Assembly (NCBI GenBank): GCA_004764695.1
Contig: SMSO01000031.1
Span: 2,828,436-2,892,435, forward strand
DNA length: 64,000 bases
Source of the DNA: Schizochytrium sp. TIO01
Taxonomy: Eukaryota; Protista; Bigyra: Labyrinthulomycetes
Direction of reading: 5' to 3'
Shown here in pieces: positions 46,649 through 59,398 of the stretch. Each line of letters begins with the position of its first letter. The stretch's first letter is position 1. The notes beneath the pieces are model-generated. The model made no database searches. It was not told the origin of the DNA and saw nothing but the letters and a program-made list of their open reading frames with translations. A program made the translations under genes and the position numbers.

Positions 46649-47428
46649 ATGTCGTCTATTGAGGTGCCTCTAATTGGCTCATCCACTTCGGACGATCCGT
46701 TTTACGCATTTCGTGATGAACTCCAAGCGCACGTACAAAAGGCCTCCACGCGGTTTGCCCAGTGGAAACACCTTTTGGAGACTACGGACACTGCGCAGAA
46801 CAAGACCTTTCAAAGTGAGCATGCATCCCTTAATGCCGAGCTGAAGAGCCTTCAGAATAGCGCATCAGACCTTGACCAAGTTTTGAAGCGTGTGCAAACG
46901 CACAGGTCTAACTTCTCACATATTTCAGATGGCGAACTCAGTAACCGGCAAGCCTTTATGCGTGAGATCAAAAACGAGATTCGGTCTATGCAGGCGTCTA
47001 TGAATAGCCCGCAGACCGTTGGTAAACTAGAGTCAGACGCAAAAAAGGATTTGCTTCGCAGAAGTAAGCAGAACAGTGATGGCGGTGCAAATGCGGCGAT
47101 GGCTGCTGCATCAAACTCTGCGTTTATTGAGGACCAACAGCAGCTCCAATTGCTTGCACAACGTCAGCAGGATGAACATCTCGATGAGCTTGAGCAAGGT
47201 GCCACCCGTCTTGGACACATGGCCACTGCGATTGGCGAGGAGATTGATTCTCAGAACTTGATGTTGGATGACTTACAGGATGACGTTGAAGCAGCATCGA
47301 CCCGCTTGGAGGCTACACTATCCAAAATGGACAAGATTCTTAAGTCAAACAGTAGGTGCCAGACTTGGACAATTTTGACCCTAATCGCAGTGTTGATCCT
47401 TCTCATTTTACTTGTAGCATGGACTTAA
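46649..47428 (+). CDS. STX6: Syntaxin-6 / Tlg1-like Qc-SNARE
   Basis: N-terminal DPFY motif and helical bundle, SNARE motif QDEHLDEL…IGEEIDSQNLMLDDL, C-terminal TM anchor. ATG at 46649. Confidence 0.9.
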   Translation: MSSIEVPLIGSSTSDDPFYAFRDELQAHVQKASTRFAQWKHLLETTDTAQNKTFQSEHASLNAELKSLQNSASDLDQVLKRVQTHRSNFSHISDGELSNRQAFMREIKNEIRSMQASMNSPQTVGKLESDAKKDLLRRSKQNSDGGANAAMAAASNSAFIEDQQQLQLLAQRQQDEHLDELEQGATRLGHMATAIGEEIDSQNLMLDDLQDDVEAASTRLEATLSKMDKILKSNSRCQTWTILTLIAVLILLILLVAWT

Positions 47429-48902
47429 TAAGCCCAATTTAGCATTGCTCTGCACCGTTCTCTTGGTTTATCCAATACTATGGAAAGGGCGTTTTCTGAT
47501 TTAACAAGATGTTCATCTATACAATTAAAGTTTAATCTAGTGTGAGCTTTGGCACGAATATTAAGAGTACGCATACTTTACTTTTCTTCTTTGTGTCTTT
47601 TCAGGATACGTGCTGGGCTACCTGACGATCACTCGTTTGCCATTCTTGTGGGGTTAGTGGAACGGCATAGCAAAGCATGGCTTGTGATGTCATCAAGCAG
47701 AATGTGATCAGCAACTAAGTCTACCTAGCATGATGTCTGCTGCCACGGTTCGGTCATACTGCGTCTGACAATCGTAAGAGTATACTTCAGCGCTTGTGTG
47801 AGGTGCTGTGATGTTATATTGATTATTGATGAGGCACCTTGATGAACAAATTTTATGATTTTCAAACCGTTGTTGACTTGATCCGACACTGTACAAAACA
47901 ACATAAGAGAAAAGACTACCTTGGGACAATCATGGTTGTTGTTCATAAGTATAACAAAAATAGGATCTACAAGGGAAGTAAATTTTGTTTATAAACAGCA
48001 TTTCTTTAAGAAAATTATTTTCTCTTCAGAATTTTGTCAGGAGGGCTAACGCACATGCAAGACTCGCAAAGAGCGCCACAAACAAAAGGCAAGCAAGCAA
48101 GTGAGGCGAAGATCATGCTTCACAAAAAGCCAAATGAAGAAAGAGTTGGAAAATTAAATAGAAAGTGAATTTCTACAATGTGTACAGCGAAACGTTCACG
48201 CCCGTTCCTCATATACTGACACCCAGAGGTTCATTCAGTACGGGTGATAAATTCGATACCCCATTTGCTCAAGCACAAACACGCTCACACTCACTCACAC
48301 ACACTCACAACCATCCTAAGATCTCAGAGATTATTTGTGGTTTTTTTTGGTTTTTTTTTTTTTGGATTTTTGATTTTTAAATTGATTCTTTCAATAAGGC
48401 TTCGTCGTCTACGTGGCCAAGTCACCTAGCCATGAACTATCCTTGGATAGGCATGACCTGGAGACAACCTCTTTATTTATTCTTTCTTCCATTTATTGTT
48501 TGTTATTTCTTTTTTAACGCGTGCTTTGAATCGCACGGGGTCGTGTGAGTGTGTATGTAAGTGTGGTATTGCATAGTGCAAGGAAGAGGGGGAGTTCATT
48601 TCTGAAGTTTAGTGCAACAGAATTGATGTAGGTACAGTGTGTACAAATGCGAGCATAAATGCGAGCTTTCAAGCACTCGCGCGAACGCAGCTGTGGTTTC
48701 TCTGGAGTTTGGGAACAAAGTTAAAACTGTATATACAACTTCATCACAAAACAGACAGAAACAACATCGGAATACGCGCGAGTGAGGGTGGAGTCGAACT
48801 ATGTTAGATGATAACCTAGCCCTCTAAAAGAATGCACAATGTGCATTCTTACTTTTTGTATATATACAGACAGCTAACTCAGAAGGAAATGCAGAGACAT
48901 GT

Positions 48903-49952
48903 CTAAAAGTCGCTCGGAGAGCCCATGGCACTGGGAAGTCCGAAGTTGAAAGCAATCCCGTTGTGGGTGCCCTCAATATCAAACTCGCATAATTCTTCTT
49001 CAAACACATGAGTGCTGGGTGAAGAAACTGGCTCGGGCTCTGGAGCACGGAAGCTTTCCGCCAAAGCAATGGCTTGTCTCTTGTTCTCCTTCTCAAGGTA
49101 TGCCACTCGATCAGTTAGAGCAGCAATCTTTGATTCCATTGAGCTCATCGCAGCGCGAAGAGCATCAAGGGGTACTACTTGAGTTTGATGAGCAGCCTGG
49201 TTGTGAGCCTGGAGCAAGTGGGGTTGTTGAGATTGTTGCTGATGCTCAAGCTTTGTGACGGGCAGCGAAGATCGGCGCTGCGAAGGAGGGTTCTTGCGTT
49301 TGACACCGCCAGATGTTTTCCGACCATTAGTAGAGCCAGGGCTGCGGTAACCACCACTGTTGCTTCCGGAAACCGATGCCTGAGATTTACGCTTGGAAAG
49401 AACCATTACGGGGGACGTGCAAGCACGTTCAGGGAGTGCGCCCTCCTTGTCGCAGTCGAGTGAGAGACGAAATTTACGACCATCCTTACGACGGCTGACC
49501 TTTTCGATGCGAAATTTGACAGTCACGCGCTGACCAGATCGAGAGACTGATTTGGGTTCCACAGAGAGAACTTTGAGGATATCTTCCGCGTCTTCAACCT
49601 CGGCATAGTTCTCATACATAAGGCTGGGAACAATAGCGACCTTACCGTAGCGTTCTACGCCGCGGACTGCTACAGATGCTGTCAAATAGTTGCTGCGGCC
49701 ACCTTCGTCTTTCCAGAACACTTGCAGGGGCTGCTGGAGGATCTCGAGGCTGAGACCGCCGCCATTTTCGCTGCTGTTGTTGTTCTGAGGCATGTTGTTG
49801 TACTCTGATGAGGCCTCACTACGCTCGCTCACATCTCCGTCTTCCGATTTGGATTCCGAGACAGACGCCAGGCGTGATGACAACCGCTTCGGCGGCTGGT
49901 GTTGATGCAGCTGTTGCTGCGACTCTTGCTTCATTTCATTCGATGGTGTCAT
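48903..49952 (-). CDS. Putative transcription factor with CudA/STAT-like (p53-like Ig-fold) DNA-binding domain and C-terminal coiled coil
   Basis: Core LQQP..FWKDEGG…LMYEN…VKFRIEKVSRRKDGRKFRL…TSPVMVLSKRK, Q/S-rich flanks, NLS-like KRK and a heptad segment. Family assignment is from motif resemblance. Confidence 0.7.
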   Translation of the reverse strand: MTPSNEMKQESQQQLHQHQPPKRLSSRLASVSESKSEDGDVSERSEASSEYNNMPQNNNSSENGGGLSLEILQQPLQVFWKDEGGRSNYLTASVAVRGVERYGKVAIVPSLMYENYAEVEDAEDILKVLSVEPKSVSRSGQRVTVKFRIEKVSRRKDGRKFRLSLDCDKEGALPERACTSPVMVLSKRKSQASVSGSNSGGYRSPGSTNGRKTSGGVKRKNPPSQRRSSLPVTKLEHQQQSQQPHLLQAHNQAAHQTQVVPLDALRAAMSSMESKIAALTDRVAYLEKENKRQAIALAESFRAPEPEPVSSPSTHVFEEELCEFDIEGTHNGIAFNFGLPSAMGSPSDF

Positions 49953-52588
49953 GTTGCTTGATGTCTGCTGCCTTTCGCAGACAGAGCGCCTCCTCTCCAG
50001 ATCTTTGGGGCACTAGGAATCGACAACCTTTCTCCGAGTTACCGGTCTGCTTACTCACTAGAGCAAACAGACCAACAATCAAACAAACAAACAAACAGAC
50101 GAGCAAACAAAAGGTCCACTTAAAAAGAAAGAAAAAAGAAAGACAAAAACAAGACAATCACTCACAAAGCAGAAGAGACGTCCGCTCCTTTACACGGTCC
50201 TATGCGCGTTCGGACCGCTCCTGCCTCCAACTGCCTGCTGCCCGGAGGCCTTGCTGTGCCTTTCTCGTGCGTAGCAACGGCAGGCTGCTTGCTGCTGGCC
50301 CGCTTGCTTTCGTTCTTCGCTTTCTGTCTGCCTGGCTCTGCGCTTGCTTCAGTTCTGCTGACACTGCTGTTTTGCTTCAGCGACGCGAGTATTAGAACTA
50401 CTTCTCCTCCTCTTTTCTTTCTCTTTTCTTTTTTCATTTCTTTCTCATTTCTCTGACCTTTTCCTTTCTTTCTCTCGCACTCTCTTCCCCTCCCCCTCGC
50501 TACTCCTCTCTATCCTATCCTTACAAGTGTGCACACGACAAGCCCGGTCTAAAGAAGAGCGCATTTTCTAAAAATAAAACAAAGAAACCCCATTCACTTT
50601 AAAACCGTCTTTTTAATTACTCAAAGTTTCAAATTTGGATATTAATAACGAAATGTCCTTCAAGCGTCTTTTGAAGAATGATTCTCATTTTTTAATGGAA
50701 AAGATAACATTTTATTTATTTATTTATTATTTATATATTTCAGAAGGAGAGGAAAAGCAACGCGCAAGAATCAGCCGATGCAAAGCACTATGATAATCAA
50801 GATCCGCTTCCCGCTCCGCTTGCGTGGCTGGTTCCTCTGCTTCTAATCTAAAGCAGTTGCTGAGCTCTTTCTTCGCTTTAGATAGCCTCGCACGTACCTA
50901 CAGACAGACAAACGAGGTTCCTGCGGCTGCTTCTTTTTGAATCAATTTAAAAAACAAAACAAAAAACTTTTAAAGCAAAACAACAAAAGCGGCACCCTGT
51001 CCCACTTTAAAAGTATATCAGCAAACACATTTGGTCTCTCAACTTTTGAAACTACTTTTATCATTGCGTACCTTTCTCAGTGTTTCGCTTCAGCCATCTC
51101 CGTCACACCGCAGAGGGACCTGAGTCTTTTTTCTTCACAGAATAAGTTAATTAATTCTTTTAAAAAAAGAAAAAAGAAAAAAGAAAAAAGATAAACATAA
51201 ACATAAACATAAAGTTTGGTGAGGGTGGTAGTACAGATAGGGTAAAGCCTAGGTGTGCGAAGTCCAGGCCATAATATCAAGCCTCTTTCTGTCCAAAGAA
51301 TGCCCTTCTCTCGCAATCAGCCTTAAGCAGCCCGCAGTCCGTTTGTCTCTGTCGCAAGACAGACCCAGAGCAACAAACTATTGCTGCCAACGAGCGAGAG
51401 CGAACAAAACATGAGCGACTCGAAGAAACTACCTCACACATCCCGTCCAAATGCCGCCTCCACACAGTCCCCACAGTGCGTCCTGTCCTCTCAGCAAAGT
51501 GCTTCTCTTCTCCCCTCTGTTTTCCTCCTTCCTTCCCTCCAGTGCCTACTTAGGCGGTAGGTCAGCCTCTTCAACCCAAGCTCTGCGGCGGCTCTCTGCT
51601 CTGCTCTCGTTCCTCCTTCGTGATCTCAGCACCAGCCGCGAGAGGGCGCCTCCTCGAGCTCCAGCCGGGGAGGTGCCGTGGCCAGGGCGATAAAGAAGGC
51701 CTCCAGGCCGCCCCACGGCCCTGCAACCCCCTTGCTCCTTCACTCTTCTTGCCGCCTTGTCACGCCCAGACTGCTGCTGCGGCGTTCTGCTGCAGTTCCA
51801 CGTCGGTGCCGCGCCCTCAATCTTCAGCGGACCGTCTGTCTCTCTGTCTGTCTGTCTCTGTCCATCATGATAGAAAGGTAGGTAGGTACCTCCCTACTTA
51901 GGCAGGCGGGCCGAGATGCGAAAGGATAAGCCGTAGCTACCTGTTAGTCGCAAACTGCTTTCAAGCGAGCTGGGAATGGATGCGGCGTTTTAAAGAGAGA
52001 AGGTTTGGAGAGGCAGACAGACAGAGAGACAGGCAGACAGCTAGCTAGCTCTATGCCTAGCTATCTATTTCATTCATGATTCTTTCTTTCTTTCTTTCTT
52101 TCTTTTTCATAAACTTTTTTCTTTTCTTCTTTTCTTTTCTAATTTTTCTGACTAACTTCTGCTAAAAGGGATTGCTATGAGCGCCTTCGTCAATCGAAGC
52201 AGTGAATGGTCGCTATCCGGGTGTCTCTAGAGATGCTTAGGAGCTCCACTGCTCCCTCAACTTGAAGTTCTTTGACCAGAAAATGAAATGGTCAGACGTT
52301 TGACTGCCTGCACCTCTACCTTTTGAATGAGAGGTAATCTAGAGGACTCAAAAAATGCTTAAAATAGGGAAGAAAAAGGGCAGTTCTGCAAAACTTGGCC
52401 GGTTCTTGCTCGGAAGCCTCCCTCTGGAACACTGCAACCTAAAACTCCTAGTGGGGTCAGGACTGCATCAAATAGATCATCATAAATCCACCCTGGGCCT
52501 GCGCTCGCACTCATAACATAAATATGGTTAAACAGAGACTCTCCAATACTGTTTCATGATTTGTTTTCTCTCAGCTCGAGTTCTAAAA

Positions 52589-52639
<51 letters not shown>

Positions 52640-55600
52640 GAGTGTTAATTGTCTTTTATTTATTTTATTATTAATATATGTATGTTCCAAAAAGGTAATA
52701 AGAGTGAAAAACTAGTTTAGTTTACTTTCAACATCCGCATCGATAAGAGAGGCGCAGAGAGTGAGGGTCCTTAGTCTCTGCTGGGAGTTGTGGAAGGAGG
52801 TCGGGCGCCGCTCCCCTCAGTGCGTTTGGTCTCTCGTTTATAAGCGGCCTTCGCAATCACCCTCATTGAAGACGAAGATCCCTCTAACCAAGAGACCCTC
52901 GAGTTCATTCGTTGTCTTCCTGTGAACAGACAAAGCTCACGCTCAAAGTCAAGTTCAAGTACACATCTCAAATTCGTTCTAAAGAAATGGAAACACGCAA
53001 ACACGCAAGCAAGCAAGTTGAAACCAGCCACGGTGAGGCGTCATCCGCCAGTTTCGCGAGAATCAACCATCCTCCATCCATCGAAGAGTTGAAATCGCTT
53101 GCTTTCCGCACCCCACGCTGCTTAAGCGATCATGTTTGCAGCTGCTCTCCAAAGTTCGAGTGACCAAGGTTCATCCATCTTGCAGTGTTCAATTGCGTGT
53201 TTCTTCGATAGAACCAACCAATGTTTTGCTACTCCGCCGTGTAAGAGTGCGTGTCAATCGTTGAAAAGGCCAAAAGGGAGATAGGCGTCTGTCTAACATA
53301 TCTATCTAGAGGCGATCTTCAGAAAAATAAACAACTTTATTTATGTGGCATGTTATTTTTAATTTTTCATATTTTATAAATAAATACATAAAAACTAAAT
53401 TTAAATTAAAACTCCGCCGGGAGAGTATGAGGAGGTAGCACTCGGCTACCGCCAGGTAAGGCTTCTTGAATCTGCTCCTGCCAATTGCAAATACGTAGAA
53501 GAAGTGCCTATCCTGAGCTACCTGTCCTACTGGCTCATTAGGGACCAGAGTAGCAGTGCGATAAGGACCTGGCGAAAGTGCCTCCTCTCTTTCTCCACTT
53601 CACACTTTGCGCTGTCAGTTAATACCTCGAGAGTGATAAAATGATAGAATGGGGGAGTAACTTTACGTAGTAGAGAAGTGCCGCTCTCTCTGTCACTCTG
53701 TCTGTTTGTCTGTTTGTCTGCTTGTCTGTTTGCTCATTCGCCTGTCTACATGCCTATTTGTCAGTCTGCCAGTCAGCTCAAAGTTTGTTGCCTCTATTTC
53801 TGGGTCAATGAATGTGGTTCTGCGTAAAACAGAGAGAGGGAAGAAGTTCACAGACCTCTAATAAGCTTCGACTATCGATTGCCCAGTTTCGATCGAGGGT
53901 GGAAGTGAGAGCGAGGAAATGTTTTCGGTCTTGGCTTTTATTTTCATTTGACAAACTGGTAGACATTTTCCATTGTTCTTTCCATGAAGATAATTAATTA
54001 AAAGAAGTAAGGCTGGAAAGTATTAATGTTCTGAGAAAGAGAAAAGACGGTCTACTCTAGCTGCTCAAAGTACGAAACTCTGTTATTTTCAACTCTCGGG
54101 AATTCGCCTTTTGAACCACCGCGCGAGAATGACATAAGCGCGATAGCTGCGGCTCGGATTGTCAACTCATTCGCTGTGTTTCATTCGAGCGCAGCTTTCT
54201 TGTTGAAGGCCAATGAATCGACAAATTCTTTGATCTTCTTGAACTCAAGTTAACAGTAGGTAGGCACCTGCCTGAAAGTACACAAGAGGGGCGAGGAGTA
54301 AAAGAAAACTTTCAATCTGTGCCACGTTTGCAAGAGAGGGAAAGAGGGAGGGAGTGAGGGAGGACGATTTACAAGAGCGAGGAACCGCCGCAGCAGGCGG
54401 CCATTAGGAGGAGAGGTGCGGGGAGGTGCGGGCCAGTGGGGCGTGAGGGCGAAACGGGGAGGCTATTATTCCTTCAAACAAACTGTCGGTCTTCTGAAGG
54501 TAGGTATGGTTTTTTAAGTTTAAAGTAGAACTTGAAATAAGGGATCTCAATCCTCTAGGGTATTCAAAAGCAAACCAAAAAGCAGTTGGAAAGAAAAGAT
54601 CTGCCATGAGCGCTGCGACCGCTTCCATGAGTCCAAAATGTAAAGGCACACGCCTACTCCAACTGCTTTGGTCGTTGGCCGACACTCCTTCTTATGTGCA
54701 GTCACCATCACAGTGGGTGGTATGGAAAGGCGGCAGACAGCTTTCGCAATCGCAATCGCAGTATTAGCTCTGGTTTAGTGATTCTCAAAGGAATCAAGCA
54801 CAGAGGCACCATAGATAGCTAGAGAAAAAAGAGTTTCATTACTTAAAGAGCTTTTCTTACTCTAAGTTTTTATTCCAATTAATAATTAAATTAAATTAAA
54901 TTAAAACTAAAATATATCTTTAGATATTTATAAAGATAAATATTCTTCTATAATTAAATGACTTTCCAAAAAGAAGATGAAAAAGTTGCCTTAATCCCCT
55001 TTTTAGAGAAGGGAGACAGAAGGATGTCGCGAAAGCGGGCGCGTAGCTTATGACGAAAGCAAAGAGACAAAGTTGTAAAATAATACGACCTGTCCTACTG
55101 GTTTCCTTAACGCGCTTTTCTCTCACTAACTCGACTGGAGGCAATGAAACAGGGACAAATTATTTCTTTCCCAAACACTTTCAGAGCTCAGTGTGATGCA
55201 GTTAACCAGTCCCCTCACACTTTTTTTCTTCCTAGCTTTTCTTCAAGGTTTCTTCGCCCTCACTGGAGAGGTTTCTTTGGCTTTTCTTTAGGATTTCTTC
55301 ACCCCCTCACGGTGTGAGGAAGTATTCACTTGAAAACAGGCTATTCTTCCTCTGAAGCAAAACTTAATTGGCGCAGTCGTGCGTCACTGGCACTGGCCAT
55401 CCTCCGTCTCCGGCAGAAGCTTGAGAGGGAGAATTTACTTTCCCTTCCAAAGGAACTTGCTGCGGTTGTCTCACTGCACTGACCCGAGAAGATGAGAGCC
55501 TGAGTGCTTTCTTCGAGGAGGGTTCCAACAGCCGCGCCAACCGAAGACCGCCGCGGTGACGGGTAAACCGTCACGAGGAAATATACACTGCGTTTCACCG

Positions 55601-57493
55601 AGTCGATGATATTCTCGCTGCGGCTCCTCTCGCTCAGAGGGTCAGTCTTCCCTCACAAATCGGCGGAGAAATGTCTTGGACAGATTAAGGTGGAGCTATG
55701 TCGATTTCTCCTCGATGCCCCTCCCAGCCCAACCCCACTTGATGCGAGGCCTGAACACCTTCCTCCAGAACCCGCTCAGAACCCAATTAAGGGGCTTCTA
55801 TCGCTTCGGGCAAACTTTGGATCTGCCGGCCCTTTGGCCTCGGCTACGCTAGCGCGGGGATTGTAGAGAAAAGGCTAACCGTTCTCTCGCTATGTGTTCT
55901 CTCTTGCCCGAGGCGCGGTATAAGCGAGGACTGACTGACCTAGCGAGGAAGGACTGACTGACCCGGACATACTTTAGCAAGCAAGCCTACGTTCAGTCGT
56001 TTGGTGGCACTGTTGCCAGAAAGGACCAGAGCCGCTCGAAAGCCCACAAACCGGTCGCAGCCCCGTGCACAGGCATGCATGTATGAGGCCAGGCGCGGTA
56101 ACGCACGCTTATCCAGCGCGGACTGCGACTCGAAGCGAAGTTCTGCTACCCCAGAAGCCAGAAAACACGCAGAAACGATCAACTTTAAAACTTTTATCTT
56201 TTTAAAAAAACGAAAAAGGAAAAGGAAAGGAAACGAGAAGATAAAAAGAAGTGCTCTCTTTGTTTCCTTCTTTCTTTACCCCTTTTGAACCCGGAAATTC
56301 TCATTTTAGCCTTCTCATCCCTCCTGTATACTGAATACAAGCCGGAGTCGAAGACAGAACAGACGCCTGAAGTCTGGGCTTTGTGACAACGCGGTGAATT
56401 AATCGAAAGAGTTCGCTCGATTGAGGGCGAGAGAGACGCCGTTGTGGCGGGCTTCCTCACATCCTCTGCGGTCCATCAAAGCCTCCTCGCACAGCAAACC
56501 GTGATTCCATCGAGGTGAATAATGAATGAATGTTTCAGTTTGAGTGTAACTAAGCAAAAGGTAGTTTCTCAATCAAAACCCACGCTGTACGTGGACCACC
56601 ACGATGGAGAGACGTAGTATACGCATTCAAAGCAACGCTACTACGACTAATGATGCCAAACAGACAGCCAGACTTACGAAGCCAATACCGAATACTATGA
56701 CAGCTCGACAGAAGATCTGCCCCTATTGGCACCGTCTAGGCAGGGCTCAAATGGATAGCTTCAATGGGTTCCTGCTAAATGATGATGATGTAAGCAGAGC
56801 TTGAAGCGAATTGATTTGTTTTGATGAGTTTTGGAGAGAAAGTCTTTTTGTTGTAACCTCTCTATCTTCGAAACACAACTCGAAGAGACGGCTTGTCTGC
56901 GGCTCTGACTTGAGAGACAGACGTTTAAGCTGGCTCCGCAGCGCAGTGGCGTCCATTTTTGATGAGAGAATCCCTGCTTGATTTCCACTCCGGATCGAGA
57001 GTTCACAGCCAACAGCGCGGTTCCTCGTCCTTTGCATGATTTCTTCGATCATGACTCTAGGAACAACTTAGGAGAAAAATACCTGGGGTTCTACTTCTGC
57101 CTAGGTGCCTCTACCTTATCTTTACCAATATATTCACTTTTGAAAATACAAATTACTTCATAAAAGTTGTTTTAGTTTTTTTTTTATTAATAAATCTGTT
57201 TTCTTTTCTTTTTGAAAGCTTTCTCTAATAATAATAATAAGAATAAGAATAAGAAAAACAGAAGGAAGGATGCAGAACTCTTCTTCAGGTTTCCCGTCTC
57301 AAGCTTGACTTGAGAAGAATGCCATCTGTCTTTGCGTGAATGAGATAATGAGCGCACTCTCCTTCTCCTCTAACGAGTAGTAACTATAGGTAGCTGGCTC
57401 GGCCCTCATTGTGAGAGCGTCAGACACGTGAAAATCGAAGGCTTCAAAATCGTTTGAACTCGTGATCGTATGTTACTACCCTATCTCAATTGT

Positions 57494-57494
<1 letters not shown>

Positions 57495-57524
<30 letters not shown>

Positions 57525-57539
57525 AAGAAGAAGAAGAAG
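57495..57539. repeat. (AAG)15 microsatellite
   Basis: Directly visible. Confidence 0.9.
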
Positions 57540-59362
57540 AAAAGAAGATGACAGCGGGTCAGGTGTCATCATGTAGATGTAGATACTACGCAATATGAGC
57601 AAATGCTCAGCTCCTACTAACTCGACTTAGCGGCGAAAGAGGCGCATGAAAGTGTGAGAAAGAAGCTCTTTCCATCAAACCGCCTCAAGTTAAGGTTGAA
57701 ATTAATTAATTCTGCCCATGATCATGCATTAGTAGCTATCTAGGTGATGGCTACTACCTGCTAACAGCGAGAGAGAAGGAATTCTGTGCCAATTCTTACG
57801 AGATGCCGCTCAATCGATCGGGCGAAGATAGCCTATTGTCAAAAGACGGTCGTGACGACTTAAACTCCGGTTAATCGGTTTAAAATTTATCGATCGATTG
57901 ATACAACCGGTCGATCCATGGGCGACTTGATGAAATTGATTGAGGCTTTCGTACAACAAGTTTCAAGTTAGTTCTTCTCCGTCGTGCTTTCCTGCCAACA
58001 GCCCATCTGAGGAGACATCTGGACTCCCTCCCACCTCAGTTGGCGAGAGATGATCCACCGATCTATCTACCTACCTATATTGCTCATTCAAATGAGTTCG
58101 TTTGGTTTGAAGGTGATGGAACCCGGAGGGCTCCAGGTTTGGTGCTGCTTTCTGCCTATGCCCGCGATGTGAAGTTGCTCTGAGGCGTTGCAAAGCTAGC
58201 TTTGCAGAAGCTTTGCAGAGCTTTCACTCGCTGGTTCGTCGGGGCGTTCGCTGAGGTGGATTTGGAGATAGGTCTCTCTGCATGCATGCTTCAGAGCCGC
58301 GCTGGCAGATCTTGGGAACTTCGAAACTGTATTGCGTAAGCCGGATCCCTCAATTGTCTGTTTGCTTTACTTTCTGGCGAATGCAAGTAAGCTCGACGAT
58401 GCCGGCGCTGGAGAGCTTGGACTTCGACCGCGCGAGGGCGTGTTTTGACTGAGTGACTGACTGACTGACTTACTGACTACTGGGATGCATTCGAGCAGAG
58501 GCTCTGATTTGTAGAGCGAAGAAGTCACCGCCTTCGCGGCAAGGTTAGTTGTTTCAAACAACCGTCTCACGGCAAAGCTCGCTGGGCTGCAAACGTTTGC
58601 TCGCTAATAACACTCTCAAACTCTCGAGTTGGGACATTCGTGAGCCTTCGAGTCAACTCGAAGCGAGCATTTTGAGGCCTCGACGGCCGTCCCTGCGAAA
58701 AGCGCGAGCGTAGACTCGGGCGTTGGTCGTCCTGTCGCAAGGGCCTTAACAGCAGGATCTCTGACGCTTCAACATCGAAGCCTGTCATAGTACGATTTCT
58801 TTGTTCATGAACGACGTATCCATGGTTTGTATCAACTGAGAGAAGACTAGGAATCTAGAATATACATTATGAAACATTCACTCCAAGTTGCTTTAACTGC
58901 TTTTTTCCAACAAATGAAGATACAACAATAATGATTAGTTTTTTTAGTTTTTTTAAATCAGAAAAGAAAAGAAAGAAAAGGAAAAGAAAAAAAAAAAGTT
59001 TATGTCTCGGAGTATTTTTGAAAGAGTAGATAAACTTGAAAAAGAAAAAAAAAAATCATAACAGCGAAAAGGTGAAAACAAAACTTAGCTTAAATAATGA
59101 GAAGTGAAACATGAAGAGGGAAGAAGATTTGCAAATCAAAGGAGTTCGACCTCGAGATGGGCAAACAAAACAAAGCCGGCGGTAGAGAATCGCGTTAGTA
59201 CGCCCCTGAAGAAGGTTGTTGCAAAGGAGGTGTGAAAATAGTCAGGCCGTAGCCTGCCTACTCGCCGCCTGCTACGTGTGCTGCTGGATGGATTGCTTGC
59301 AATGAGCTGCGACTCCAGTGAATGGAACAGCAAACTTCGATTTGTGTTGTGTTCCAATGAAT

Positions 59363-59398
59363 TTTGAATTTGAATTTGAATTTGAATTTGAATTTGAA
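59363..59398. repeat. (TTTGAA)6 microsatellite
   Basis: Directly visible. Confidence 0.9.
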
